Shown one piece after another: positions 8,472-18,766 of a stretch of DNA of 64,000 nucleotides. The notes under the pieces are model-generated. The model had not been told where the DNA came from. It did no database searches and saw only the letters and a program-made list of their open reading frames with translations. Within the stretch, counting starts at the first letter, position 1; each line of letters begins with the position of its first letter. The position numbers and the translations under genes are program-made. Source of the stretch: Halarcobacter sp. (lineage in GTDB: Bacteria > Campylobacterota > Campylobacteria > Campylobacterales > Arcobacteraceae); assembly GCA_963676565.1 (NCBI GenBank), contig OY781089.1, positions 1,792,001 through 1,856,000 of the forward strand, read 5' to 3'.

Positions 8472-10202
8472 ATGGCAAATAAAAGAGTAATAGTAGACCC
8501 AATTACAAGAATTGAAGGACACTTAAGAATTGAGGTTGAAGTTGATGAAAATAATGTAATTCAAAATGCTTTTTCTTCAGCAACTTTATGGAGAGGACTT
8601 GAAACTATTGTAAAAAATAGAGATCCAAGGGATGCAGGTTTTCTTATGGGAAGAATTTGTGGTGTTTGTACATACTCTCACTACAGAGCTGGAATTGAAG
8701 CTGTTGAAGATGCATTAGGGATTCAAATCCCATTAAATGCACAATTAACAAGATCATTAATGAATCAAGCATTATTTATCCATGACCACCCAGTACATTT
8801 TTATCATTTACATGGACTTGACTGGTGTGATGTTGTTTCAGCACTTGATGCAGATCCTGCACTTGCTGCTAAAGAAGCTTTTAAATATGCTAAATATCCT
8901 GTTGCAGCAGGAGAAGGTGATTTATTAAAAGTAAAAGATAAATTAAAAGCTTTTGTTGATAAAGGTGATTTAGGACCATTTGCTAATGCATATTGGGGAC
9001 ATAGTACTTTTAGATTAACACCTGAGCAAAATTTAATTGTAGCTTCTCACTATCTTAAAGCTTTAGAAATTCAAAGAACTGCTGCACAATTAATGGCAAT
9101 CTTTGGTGGTAAACAACCACACCCTCAAAGTTTAACTGTTGGTGGTGTAACTTGTATTATGGACTTATTAGATCCTAGTAGAATGGGTGAGTTCTTAGTT
9201 AAGTTTAAAGAGGTTGCAAACTTTGTAGAAAATGCTTATTATGCAGATATTAAAATGGCTGGTGCAGCATATATAACTGAACCAACTGTAACTGCTGAAG
9301 CTGGTGTAATGAACTTTATGGCACATAATACTATGCAATTAAATCAAACAGAACATTTATTTGATGCAGGTATTATATTAAATGGTGACCTTACAAAAGT
9401 TTATGAGATTGATGAGAGTTTAATTACAGAAGAAGCTACTCACGCATGGTATGAAGATGATGAACCTTTACATCCATATGATGGTAGAACAAATCCAAAA
9501 TATACTGGTTTACAAGATAGAATGACAGTTGGACCTGAAGGTGAAGATGTTGCTTCTAAATCAGTAGATGATAAAGGTAAATATTCTTGGATTAAATCAC
9601 CTCGATATGATGGTAAAGCAATGGAAGTTGGACCTTTAGCATCAATGTTAGTTTCATATGCAAAAGGGAATCCAAAAATTAAAAAAATTGTTGATGATTT
9701 CTTAGGCGAAACAGGATTACCTGCGGCTGCATTATTCACAACTTTAGGTAGAACAGCAGCTAGATGTTTACAAACTAAAGCAATTATTGACCATGGATTA
9801 GAAACATTTAATACATTAATTGAAAATTTAAAGGTAGACCAAGAAACTTGTGCTCCATATTCTATTGATAAAAATAAAGAGTATAAAGGAAGATTTATTG
9901 GCGATGTTCCAAGAGGTATGTTATCTCACTGGGTTAGAATCAAAAATGGTGTAATTGAAAACTACCAAGCTGTTGTTCCTTCAACATGGAATGCTGGTCC
10001 TGAAGATTCAAAAGGGATTAAAGGTCCTTATGAAGCTAATTTAATTGGTATGAAAGTTCAAGATGTTTCTCAACCATTAGAAATTATTAGAGTTATTCAT
10101 AGTATGGATCCTTGTATTGCTTGTGCTGTTCATGTAATGGATGTAAAAGGGAACGATTTAGGTGTTTATAAAGTAGACCCTATGTATGGAACTAGCTGCT
10201 AG
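8472..10202 (+). CDS. hydB: [NiFe] hydrogenase large subunit, copy 2
   Basis: DPITRIEGH, RICGVC, DPCIACAVH plus tail. Confidence 0.97.
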   Translation: MANKRVIVDPITRIEGHLRIEVEVDENNVIQNAFSSATLWRGLETIVKNRDPRDAGFLMGRICGVCTYSHYRAGIEAVEDALGIQIPLNAQLTRSLMNQALFIHDHPVHFYHLHGLDWCDVVSALDADPALAAKEAFKYAKYPVAAGEGDLLKVKDKLKAFVDKGDLGPFANAYWGHSTFRLTPEQNLIVASHYLKALEIQRTAAQLMAIFGGKQPHPQSLTVGGVTCIMDLLDPSRMGEFLVKFKEVANFVENAYYADIKMAGAAYITEPTVTAEAGVMNFMAHNTMQLNQTEHLFDAGIILNGDLTKVYEIDESLITEEATHAWYEDDEPLHPYDGRTNPKYTGLQDRMTVGPEGEDVASKSVDDKGKYSWIKSPRYDGKAMEVGPLASMLVSYAKGNPKIKKIVDDFLGETGLPAAALFTTLGRTAARCLQTKAIIDHGLETFNTLIENLKVDQETCAPYSIDKNKEYKGRFIGDVPRGMLSHWVRIKNGVIENYQAVVPSTWNAGPEDSKGIKGPYEANLIGMKVQDVSQPLEIIRVIHSMDPCIACAVHVMDVKGNDLGVYKVDPMYGTSC

Positions 10203-10211
10203 GAGCAAATT

Positions 10212-10886
10212 ATGATAAAAAAACATTATGAATTTTCGTATTGGCTAAGAATCACTCACTGGGTGAGAGCCCTTGCAATAGTAATTTTAACAGTATCGGG
10301 TTTTTATATAGCATATCCATTTATATCACCTGCTCACTCTGGTGGTGAGCCTGTGTTATTTTTAAATGCTTTATTTAGATCTTGGCATGTTATTTTTGGA
10401 TTTATGTTAATTGCTGTTACAATTGGAAAATTTTATTTATTTATTTTTGATAAACAAAGTAAACCTGAAAGAGATTCTTTTTGGGATTTTATTAATCCTA
10501 AAGTTTGGATTCAACAAATTGGGTATTATTTGTTAATCACAAAGCACCCTCATGGAAAAGGTGTTTATAACCCACTTCAGTTTATGGCTTATGTTGGGGT
10601 GTATGTAGCAATTGTTATGATCTCATTAACAGGATTAATCCTTTATGTTCATGTATATCATGAAGGTATGGGTGGTTTTTTGTTTGATTTTATGCGATCA
10701 TTAGAAGTAATGATGGGCGGTTTAGCGTTTGTTAGAGAGTTACACCACATTTTTATGTGGATTTTCATAATCTTCTTACCTATTCACGTATATCTTGCAG
10801 TATTTAACTCTGTACATGGAAAACAAGGAGCAATGGACTCTATTATTTCTGGTTACAGATGGGTAAAAGAGGATACAAAGCACTAA
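10212..10886 (+). CDS. hydC: Hydrogenase b-type cytochrome subunit, copy 2
   Basis: RITHW, YNPLQ, RELHH, HVYLA. Confidence 0.93.
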   Translation: MIKKHYEFSYWLRITHWVRALAIVILTVSGFYIAYPFISPAHSGGEPVLFLNALFRSWHVIFGFMLIAVTIGKFYLFIFDKQSKPERDSFWDFINPKVWIQQIGYYLLITKHPHGKGVYNPLQFMAYVGVYVAIVMISLTGLILYVHVYHEGMGGFLFDFMRSLEVMMGGLAFVRELHHIFMWIFIIFLPIHVYLAVFNSVHGKQGAMDSIISGYRWVKEDTKH

Positions 10887-10887
10887 T

Positions 10888-11451
10888 ATGAATATATTAA
10901 TTTTAGGAATAGGAAATATCCTATTCCAAGATGAAGGAATTGGAGCTCATTTTATTCATTATCTTGATGAAAAATATGAGTACAGTTCTGATAAACATAC
11001 TATTAGTATTGTTGATGGTGGAACATTAGCCCACAGGCTAATTCCACTCATCATCAAATATGATAAAGTTTTTGTTGTTGATTGTATTGACGCATTAGAT
11101 TCAAAACCTGGTGATATTTATTTTTTTGATTATTTAAAAGCTCCTGCGGAAGTTGATTGGCAAGGTAGTGCCCATGAACTTGAGATGCTTCAAACTTTAA
11201 ATATGATTAAAATGAATGGAGACTTACCAAGTACAAATGTTCTTGGAATTATCCCTAAAAGAATTGCCGATGATACTACTTTTGAATTAAGTGAAGAGAT
11301 TATAAAAGCTATTCCTACAATGGAAAATACAATAATCAATGCAATAAAAGATTTAGGTGTAAATGTTTCACTTAGAAATGAAAATTTATCAATCATTGAA
11401 ATAGCTAACAGCTCATATAAAAGAGAGATTATAAATGGTCCTGCAATATAA
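10888..11451 (+). CDS. hydD: Hydrogenase maturation endopeptidase, copy 2
   Basis: GIGNILFQDEGIG, DGGT, GSAHE. Confidence 0.92.
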   Translation: MNILILGIGNILFQDEGIGAHFIHYLDEKYEYSSDKHTISIVDGGTLAHRLIPLIIKYDKVFVVDCIDALDSKPGDIYFFDYLKAPAEVDWQGSAHELEMLQTLNMIKMNGDLPSTNVLGIIPKRIADDTTFELSEEIIKAIPTMENTIINAIKDLGVNVSLRNENLSIIEIANSSYKREIINGPAI

Positions 11452-13048
11452 ATTTAAGTATACATCTAACAATAATAGTTTAATAACTATTTTAGATAAT
11501 ATTTTAGCAAAAAAAGAAACCACTTATAATCTTTATAAAGAGGATGATTTTCTTTTTTTATATGTAGATGATGAAGAAGAAAAACTATTAAAAATTTCAG
11601 ATGAAATATCAACTGAACTTCCTATGTCAATATTTTTGGAAGATTATACATTAGAAGTTGTGCCACAGTTTCCAATTGTCAACTATCAATATACTCCTGA
11701 TAGTCTCAGAAAGTCTTACTGTTCAAATTGTTTAACCAAAGTAGAAAATAATGAGTCTAAATTTTTCTACGACCCCTTTTTAAATTGTGAAATTTGTGGT
11801 ACAACTTGTGATGTAGAAAAAATAGAAATAAGTTCAAAAGATGAAGAGTTTACTTACTCAAACTATAAAGAGTTTTTTGAAAAACTTGCATTAGCAATCT
11901 CTTCAAATAAAAAAGTAAAAATAAATAATTATGTATTTACAAAGTTTAAAAAACTTGAAAAAGAAAATGAAAAAATACTTTGTACAAATCTTGATAAATT
12001 GCCAAATATTGTAGTTGGTTCAAAGCAAAAGATTGCGCTTTTATTAAGTTTAGAAAAACCAACAATCTGTTTTAATGTAAACGCTATATATAAAACAAAC
12101 AATAATTGCTTAGTTAATAAAGTTGATATTAAAGCACCTTGGAATATTTTTTATCATCTATTAGCAAAAGAACTTTTAGCTTTAAATATAGATTTTGTAA
12201 AGTTTGAAGAGGATGAAGATTTTGATTTAGAAATCAATTTTAATGATATCGAAAACAAGACAAAAATATCAGTAACTCAAAGTAAGATACATTTTTTAGA
12301 AAATAGTTTTTATGATAAAGCTTTAGATGAGTTATATAATAAATTTGATGAAAAAGCAAAATCACAATTTATGGTTTTATTAAGTGAAAATAAGTTATTC
12401 GAAAAATCTATAATCAACATCTATGCCTCATCTAAATATGATATGGCGATATCTTTATATTCTCCAAAAATTGATGGTGTTGTTGATTTAGTATCTTTTA
12501 AAATGCCAAAAAGTGTTAATGAGATTTTTGAAGGTATCAAAAAAGAAGAAAATGGTGAAAGATTATTAGAAAATTTCAAAAATAAATTTGAAAAAGAGTA
12601 TGAAAATGCTTTAAATTCAGATATCTCTTTTATTAAAGATTGTTCTTTAAATTCATTATTAAAAATACCTGGAACTATTTTAGGAATAGATAATATTTAT
12701 AAAGATGCTTCAAGTGCCTTACTTCAAAAAGGCCCAAGATTAGATTTTAAAATTATAAATAAAGAGAAACTATTTAATAAAGAGTTTGATTTTATTAAAC
12801 TTGTAAAAAGTGGAATTAGTTTTAAACTTGCAGGGGTAGATAAAAAAACTTTAGCCTTAGGATATGTAGAGAGTTTTATCTATTTCTTATCTGATCTAAT
12901 TGATGATGTTAATGAAAACTTTCCTATTGATGGAATATCTTTAAGTGGTGATTTAATAGCAGATGAATTTTTCAATAAAATCTTAAAATTAGCATTAACA
13001 ACAAACTTTAAATTATATTACAATAAGGATTTTCCAATACAATTATAA
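11435..13048 (+). CDS. hydE: HydE-like accessory protein, copy 2 (retains CxxC pairs)
   Basis: LPMSIF, CSNC/CEIC, LLLSLEKP, SGISFKLAG, SLSGDL. Confidence 0.7.
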   Translation: MVLQYKFKYTSNNNSLITILDNILAKKETTYNLYKEDDFLFLYVDDEEEKLLKISDEISTELPMSIFLEDYTLEVVPQFPIVNYQYTPDSLRKSYCSNCLTKVENNESKFFYDPFLNCEICGTTCDVEKIEISSKDEEFTYSNYKEFFEKLALAISSNKKVKINNYVFTKFKKLEKENEKILCTNLDKLPNIVVGSKQKIALLLSLEKPTICFNVNAIYKTNNNCLVNKVDIKAPWNIFYHLLAKELLALNIDFVKFEEDEDFDLEINFNDIENKTKISVTQSKIHFLENSFYDKALDELYNKFDEKAKSQFMVLLSENKLFEKSIINIYASSKYDMAISLYSPKIDGVVDLVSFKMPKSVNEIFEGIKKEENGERLLENFKNKFEKEYENALNSDISFIKDCSLNSLLKIPGTILGIDNIYKDASSALLQKGPRLDFKIINKEKLFNKEFDFIKLVKSGISFKLAGVDKKTLALGYVESFIYFLSDLIDDVNENFPIDGISLSGDLIADEFFNKILKLALTTNFKLYYNKDFPIQL

Positions 13049-13068
13049 AAAAACTAATTTGGAAAAGA

Positions 13069-15300
13069 ATGAAATCTATACAAATACAAGTAAAGGGTAT
13101 TGTTCAAGGTGTTGGATTTAGACCATATGTTTATAATTTAGCTTTAAAAAATAAGCTTTTTGGCTGGGTAAATAATGATGATCAAGGTGTAAATATCGTA
13201 TTAGAGGGTGATGAGTTAAATCTTGAGAGTTTTTTAGATACTTTAAAAAACTCCCCACCACCCCTTGCTAAAATAGATTCTATTACAATTGAAGAAAAAA
13301 AACTCCAAAATTTTAAAAGTTTTGAAATAATTGAGAGTAAAACTACTTCAAATAAATCTACTATTATTAGTCCTGATATGGCTATTTGTGATGATTGTAT
13401 TGAGGATATAAATAATCCTGAAAACTTTAGATATGAATATGCACTTACAAATTGTACAAATTGTGGACCTAGATATTCAATTATAAATACAGTTCCCTAT
13501 GATAGATGTAATACTTCAATGGCTAAATTTAAAATGTGTTCTAAATGTGAAGAGGAGTACAAAAATCCATTAAATAGAAGATATCATGCACAACCAGTTT
13601 CTTGTGAGGTTTGTGGTCCTAAAATTGCTTTATTTAATAATAAGAATGAACAATTATCAAAAGATATTCAAAGTATAATTGATATAGCACAAAAGATTAA
13701 AGAAGGTTCAATAGTCGCAATAAAAGGTTTAGGTGGCTTTCATTTAGTTTGTAATGCTTTAGATGATAATGCAGTATATGAATTAAGAACTAGGAAAAAT
13801 AGACCAACAAAACCCTTTGCTGTAATGTTTAAAAATCTTGAGCAAATAAAAAATCACACATTATTAACTAAAAAAGAAGAAGAGATTATAACTTCAAAAG
13901 AAAAACCAATTACATTAGTTAAAACAAAAAATATTAATAAAACAAAATTAAGTAAATATATTGCCCCAAATATTGATAGACTTGGTTGTTTTATTGCTTA
14001 TACTCCATTACATCATCTATTATTTAAATATTTAGATACTCCTATAGTTGCAACAAGTGCAAACTTATCAGATGAACCAATATTAAGGTTCAAAGATGAA
14101 GTTATAGAAAAATTAGGTGGTGTAGTAGATTTCATACTTGATTTTGATAGAGATATAATAAATGCCTGTGATGATTCTGTAGTTCAAGTTGCAAATGATG
14201 ATATCCTAGTTTTAAGAAATGCAAGGGGATATGCTCCAACAAGTTTGAAACTTTCTAAAAAAACTAATAAAAAAATTTTAGCCCTTGGTGCAAATCAAAA
14301 ATCAACAATAGCTTTGGCTTTTGAAGATAATCTAATTTTATCGCCTCATATTGGAGATTTAGGTTCAATAACTTCAATAGAATACTTTAATAGGACAATT
14401 GAGACTTTTAAAAGGTTTTATGATTTTGAACCTGATTTAATAGTTTGTGATAAGCATCCAAATTATGAAAGTTCAAAATGGGCAAGAGAACAAGATATTA
14501 AAGTAGTAGAGATACAACACCATTATTCTCATGTTTTATCAACTATGGCAGAATACAATTTAGATGAAAAAGTTTTAGCTTTTTCATTTGATGGAACTGG
14601 CTTTGGGGATGATGGAAATATTTGGGGTGGTGAAGTTTTTATTGCTACAAATAAAGAGTATGAAAGGGTTTATCATTTAAACTATTTTAAACTTTTAGGA
14701 GGAGAAAAATCAATTAAAGAGCCAAAAAGAGTCGCTTTATCTTTACTTTTTGATTGTTTTTCATTGGATGAAGTTTTAAATTTAAATAATCCAACAGTAA
14801 ATGCTTTTTCCCAAAGTGAAATAAAAATCATGTATACCATGTGGCAAAAGGGATTAAATGCCCCAAAAACTAGCTCAATGGGTAGAGTTTTTGATGCAAT
14901 AGCAAGTTTATGTGATATCTCACAAACTCAAAGTTATGAAGGGGAAACCGGTTTGCAAATAGAAATGGCTTATGATGAATCATTTAAAGAGGCATATTCC
15001 TATGAAATAAAAGATGGAAAAATTGATTTTTTAAAAGCTATTAAAGAGATAATTAAAGATAAAGATAAAAAATTAGTTTGTAGTAAATTTTTAAATATGT
15101 TAGTTGAATTGATCTCTCAAATATCAAAAAAACATAATGATTTACCGATTATATTGACAGGTGGGGTTTTCCAAAATAAGACTTTATTACAGTTAGTAAG
15201 TAAAAGACTTGAAAAAGAGAATAGAAGGTATTATTATTCAAAAAAGATACCACTAAATGATGGTGGTATCTCTATTGGGCAAGTTTATTTTATGCTATAG
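13069..15300 (+). CDS. hypF: Carbamoyltransferase HypF
   Basis: GIVQGVGFRP, Zn fingers CDDC/CTNCGPR/CSKC/CEVCGP, KGLGGFHL, ATSAN, QHH, DGTGFG, NDGGISIGQ. Confidence 0.98.
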   Translation: MKSIQIQVKGIVQGVGFRPYVYNLALKNKLFGWVNNDDQGVNIVLEGDELNLESFLDTLKNSPPPLAKIDSITIEEKKLQNFKSFEIIESKTTSNKSTIISPDMAICDDCIEDINNPENFRYEYALTNCTNCGPRYSIINTVPYDRCNTSMAKFKMCSKCEEEYKNPLNRRYHAQPVSCEVCGPKIALFNNKNEQLSKDIQSIIDIAQKIKEGSIVAIKGLGGFHLVCNALDDNAVYELRTRKNRPTKPFAVMFKNLEQIKNHTLLTKKEEEIITSKEKPITLVKTKNINKTKLSKYIAPNIDRLGCFIAYTPLHHLLFKYLDTPIVATSANLSDEPILRFKDEVIEKLGGVVDFILDFDRDIINACDDSVVQVANDDILVLRNARGYAPTSLKLSKKTNKKILALGANQKSTIALAFEDNLILSPHIGDLGSITSIEYFNRTIETFKRFYDFEPDLIVCDKHPNYESSKWAREQDIKVVEIQHHYSHVLSTMAEYNLDEKVLAFSFDGTGFGDDGNIWGGEVFIATNKEYERVYHLNYFKLLGGEKSIKEPKRVALSLLFDCFSLDEVLNLNNPTVNAFSQSEIKIMYTMWQKGLNAPKTSSMGRVFDAIASLCDISQTQSYEGETGLQIEMAYDESFKEAYSYEIKDGKIDFLKAIKEIIKDKDKKLVCSKFLNMLVELISQISKKHNDLPIILTGGVFQNKTLLQLVSKRLEKENRRYYYSKKIPLNDGGISIGQVYFML

Positions 15301-15589
15301 ATTCTTTTGGTTTAACCTTTTTTTCTATAAAAAAGGCACCAAAAGGGATTAGTGATAAAACAAAAAGTTGGAAAACAAAGCCAACATCCCAAGATTTTCT
15401 TAATTTTGTTTCAAATAAAGATACCATAAAAATTATAAACAAAACTCCATGAATCATACCAAAGACTTTAACAGGATAAGGATTCTCTCCAATATATTTT
15501 ACAGGCATAGCTATAAAAACTAAAAGTAAATAAGATAATCCCTCAATTGCAGAAATAACTCTAAAACGGCTTAACGCATCTTTTATCAT
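15290..15589 (-). CDS. DUF3817-family small membrane protein
   Basis: FRVISAIEGLSYLLL..AMP, GMIHGVLF, SLIPFGAF. Confidence 0.8.
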   Translation of the reverse strand: MIKDALSRFRVISAIEGLSYLLLVFIAMPVKYIGENPYPVKVFGMIHGVLFIIFMVSLFETKLRKSWDVGFVFQLFVLSLIPFGAFFIEKKVKPKESIA

Positions 15590-15699
15590 AATAAATTCCC
15601 TAAAATTTTTTGCAATTATATATAAATTTATTTATATTTTCTTTAGTTTTTAATCTTGTTATTTTTATTAACTGTTTTTAAATTTTTCTTTTTAAATTT

Positions 15700-16359
15700 T
15701 CATTTATATTTATAAAAAATAGTTTTTAATATCTCAATTTGTTTATTTTGTAAGTAAGTGAATTTAAACTCACACTCTTTTAGATAATAAAAGAAATTGC
15801 TTTCATTTACCCCTTTATATTTTTTTAAATTCTCTTCTAAGTATTTCCAAAAAACATTTAGTGGAGTTGAGTAAGAGTATTGGGAGTAGATTCTATGCCA
15901 CTTCAAATATTTTTCAAACTCCTTATCATCTTCTATTGTGTTATGTCTTGGAAGTTTTGGCATTAATAAAGTGAAAATTCTTTTGTTTGAATAAAAACCT
16001 AAGATATTTATAGCATTATAAAGGGATCTCTTTTTATTCTTTTTTTCTCTATTTGTAAAATAGTAAAACTCTTCATATGAACTATTATCATTTATACTAT
16101 TATAATGTTCATTCTCTAAAAAATTTGCAATCAACTTTCTAAAAAACATATATCTGTTTTGAACAGTTCTATAATTAATTTTAAGTATTTTAGCACATCT
16201 ATTAGCACTTATATTATTACAAAAAAATTCAATTATTCTGTGATCAGTTTCAATTTTTCTTGTAGAGAATTTTCTATTACATGAACTACATTTTTTATAA
16301 TTATCTTGAAGATTATAAAGTCTTTTTGAATCACAATAGGGACAATATTTAATTTCCAT
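15700..16359 (-). CDS. IS1595/IS1016-family transposase-derived protein with a degenerate catalytic core
   Basis: Zn ribbon CPYC..CSSC, HTH (ISANRCAKILKINYRTV), C-terminal FW..LKKYKGV..F..YLKECEFKF; DDE residues not recognisable; no terminal inverted repeats seen. Confidence 0.7.
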   Translation of the reverse strand: MEIKYCPYCDSKRLYNLQDNYKKCSSCNRKFSTRKIETDHRIIEFFCNNISANRCAKILKINYRTVQNRYMFFRKLIANFLENEHYNSINDNSSYEEFYYFTNREKKNKKRSLYNAINILGFYSNKRIFTLLMPKLPRHNTIEDDKEFEKYLKWHRIYSQYSYSTPLNVFWKYLEENLKKYKGVNESNFFYYLKECEFKFTYLQNKQIEILKTIFYKYK

Positions 16360-16528
16360 TTTAAAACCATCTTTAATATTTTTATATTTAAAAGAATAAC
16401 TTAATATAACTAATAGTTTACTTGTTCTAAAAATACATAAGATGTGCTTACTATTAGTTTGAATAAAGTTTCATTAGACTACACTTTCTAAAATGAACAA
16501 TAATTCACAAGAATTTAAAGGATAATAT

Positions 16529-17332
16529 ATGTGTAAAGATTGCGGTTGTACAATAGCAGGTGATGCTCATCACCATCATCATGATCATGACCATTCACAC
16601 AGTCATGACCATTCTCACCCAGAAGGTAGTGCTTCACATCAAGCAGCTCATGAAACTCTTCATCATAACCCACAACTAAATGATGCAAAAACAGTTTCTG
16701 TAATTCAAAAAATATTAGATAAAAATGACCATGAAGCAGCTCACAATAGAGCTCATTTTGATAGTCATAAAGTTTTAGGAATAAATCTTATGTCAAGTCC
16801 TGGAAGTGGTAAAACAACACTTTTAGAACATATGGCTGATATTGCTGACTTTAAATATGGAGTTGTTGAAGGTGATTTAGAAACTAATAGAGATGCAGAT
16901 AGATTAATTGCAAAAGATATTAAAGCTGTTCAAATTCAAACAGGAAGTGCCTGTCATTTAGATGCATTTATGGTTCACAAAGGATTACATGATATGCCTT
17001 TAGATGATTTAGATGTATGTTTTGTTGAAAATGTAGGTAATCTTGTATGTCCTGCATCTTATGATGTTGGAACTCATTTAAACATTGTATTGGTTAGTAT
17101 TCCTGAAGGTGAAGATAAAATTGCTAAATATCCAGTTATGTTTAGAGCCGCAGATTTAATTCTTTTTACAAAAACAGATCTACTTCCTTATTTTGAATAT
17201 GATTTAGAAAAAGAGAAAGAAACAGCTAGAAAACTAAAACCAAACGTAGATATTTTGGAAGTTTCAACAAAAGATGAAGCGAGTTTAAAAGCTGTTGTTG
17301 AGTGGATTAATTTTAAAAGGAGAATGAGATAA
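16529..17332 (+). CDS. hypB: Ni-insertion GTPase HypB with His-rich N-terminus
   Basis: MCKDCGC, His tract, SSPGSGKTT, ACH, ENVGNLVCPA, TKTD. Confidence 0.98.
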   Translation: MCKDCGCTIAGDAHHHHHDHDHSHSHDHSHPEGSASHQAAHETLHHNPQLNDAKTVSVIQKILDKNDHEAAHNRAHFDSHKVLGINLMSSPGSGKTTLLEHMADIADFKYGVVEGDLETNRDADRLIAKDIKAVQIQTGSACHLDAFMVHKGLHDMPLDDLDVCFVENVGNLVCPASYDVGTHLNIVLVSIPEGEDKIAKYPVMFRAADLILFTKTDLLPYFEYDLEKEKETARKLKPNVDILEVSTKDEASLKAVVEWINFKRRMR

Positions 17333-17613
17333 TGTGTCTTTCTATACCTTCTAAAATTAAAAAAATAGACAAAGAAAATAATGTATGTACTGTTGATACT
17401 ATGGGAGTTGAGAGAAATGCTTCTTTAGATTTAATTGACCAACCAGTAGAAGTTGGAGATTATGTATTAATTCACATAGGTTTTGCAATGAATAAAATTG
17501 ATGAAAATGATGCTTTAGAATCCTTAGCTATTTATCGTGAAATAATCGAAAAAATGGAAGAAGAGGATAGGCAACAAGCAATTTTAGATGGGGATAATTG
17601 CCCTAATAGGTGA
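17332..17613 (+). CDS. hypC: Hydrogenase chaperone HypC
   Basis: MCLSIP, VGDYVLIHIGFA. Confidence 0.97.
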   Translation: MCLSIPSKIKKIDKENNVCTVDTMGVERNASLDLIDQPVEVGDYVLIHIGFAMNKIDENDALESLAIYREIIEKMEEEDRQQAILDGDNCPNR

Positions 17614-17620
17614 GAAAAAT

Positions 17621-18754
17621 ATGAGTGAATTAAAATTAAAAGATCTTTACGATGGATTTCGTGATCCTAAAACAGTAAAAGCTTTAAAATCTTTGGTTGA
17701 TAAAGAAGCTTCAAAAATTGATAAAACAATTAGGGTTATGGAAGTTTGTGGTGGACATACTCATACTATTATGAAATACGGTATTAACCAATTGATGCCA
17801 GAAAATGTAGAGTTTATTCATGGTCCAGGTTGTCCTGTATGTGTAATGCCTAAAGAAAGAATCGACCATGCATATATTTTATCTTTACAAGATGATGTAA
17901 TTCTTGTAACTTTAGGGGATATGATTAAAGTTCCTGGTTCAAAGGGAAGTTTACAAGATGCAAGAAGTAAAGGTGCTGATGTAAGATTTGTTTACTCACC
18001 ACTGGATACAATTAAAATAGCACAAGAAAACCCAAATAAGAAAATTATCTTTTTTGCAATAGGTTTTGAAACTACTACACCTATGACAGCTGCACTACTT
18101 GAACATGTTACAAAAAATAAAATTGAAAATGTATATTTTCATATAAATCATATAACAGTTCCAGAACCTATGAGAGCCTTACTTGATAGTGATGATTGTA
18201 AGATTGATGCTTTTATAGGTCCTTCTCATGTGAGTGTAATAACAGGTAGTAAAATCTACCAAGAGTTTATTGATATATATAATAAGCCAGTTGTTGTAAG
18301 TGGTTTTGAACCAGTTGATGTTATGCAATCAATTTTAAGTATTCTAAAGCAGTTTAGTGAAAATAGATGTGAATTAGAAACACAGTATTCAAGAGCTGTA
18401 TCTTATGATGGTAACTTAGCTGCACAAAAATTAATTGATAAGTATTTTGAAAAAGCTGAACATTTTAGATGGAGAGGATTAGGTGATATTGCTGATTCTG
18501 CACTAAAACTAAGAGATGAATATTCTTCAATTGATGCAGAGATTATATATAAAGATATTTTACCAACTCAAAAAATTGATGACCATAAACTTTGTATTTG
18601 TGGAAGTATTATGCGAGGAGTTGCAAAACCACATGAATGTAGTGTATTTGGAACAGCATGTAAACCAAGTTCTCCATTGGGTTCTTGTATGGTTAGTAGT
18701 GAAGGTGCTTGTAGTGCATACTACAAGTATGGGAACCTTCTACAAAAAAAGTAA
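17621..18754 (+). CDS. hypD: Hydrogenase maturation protein HypD
   Basis: MEVCGGHT, GPGCPVC, GFETT, PSHVS, CMVSSEGAC; likely start ATG 17621. Confidence 0.97.
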   Translation: MSELKLKDLYDGFRDPKTVKALKSLVDKEASKIDKTIRVMEVCGGHTHTIMKYGINQLMPENVEFIHGPGCPVCVMPKERIDHAYILSLQDDVILVTLGDMIKVPGSKGSLQDARSKGADVRFVYSPLDTIKIAQENPNKKIIFFAIGFETTTPMTAALLEHVTKNKIENVYFHINHITVPEPMRALLDSDDCKIDAFIGPSHVSVITGSKIYQEFIDIYNKPVVVSGFEPVDVMQSILSILKQFSENRCELETQYSRAVSYDGNLAAQKLIDKYFEKAEHFRWRGLGDIADSALKLRDEYSSIDAEIIYKDILPTQKIDDHKLCICGSIMRGVAKPHECSVFGTACKPSSPLGSCMVSSEGACSAYYKYGNLLQKK

Positions 18755-18766
18755 AAAAGGATTGAT

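Noticed and set aside
15700..16359. Active IS element
   Set aside because: No recognisable DDE triad, terminal repeats or target duplication; reported as a derived gene instead.
16568..16620. CAT/CAC/GAC repeats in hypB
   Set aside because: Encodes the ordinary His-rich nickel-binding tract; not a DNA repeat array.
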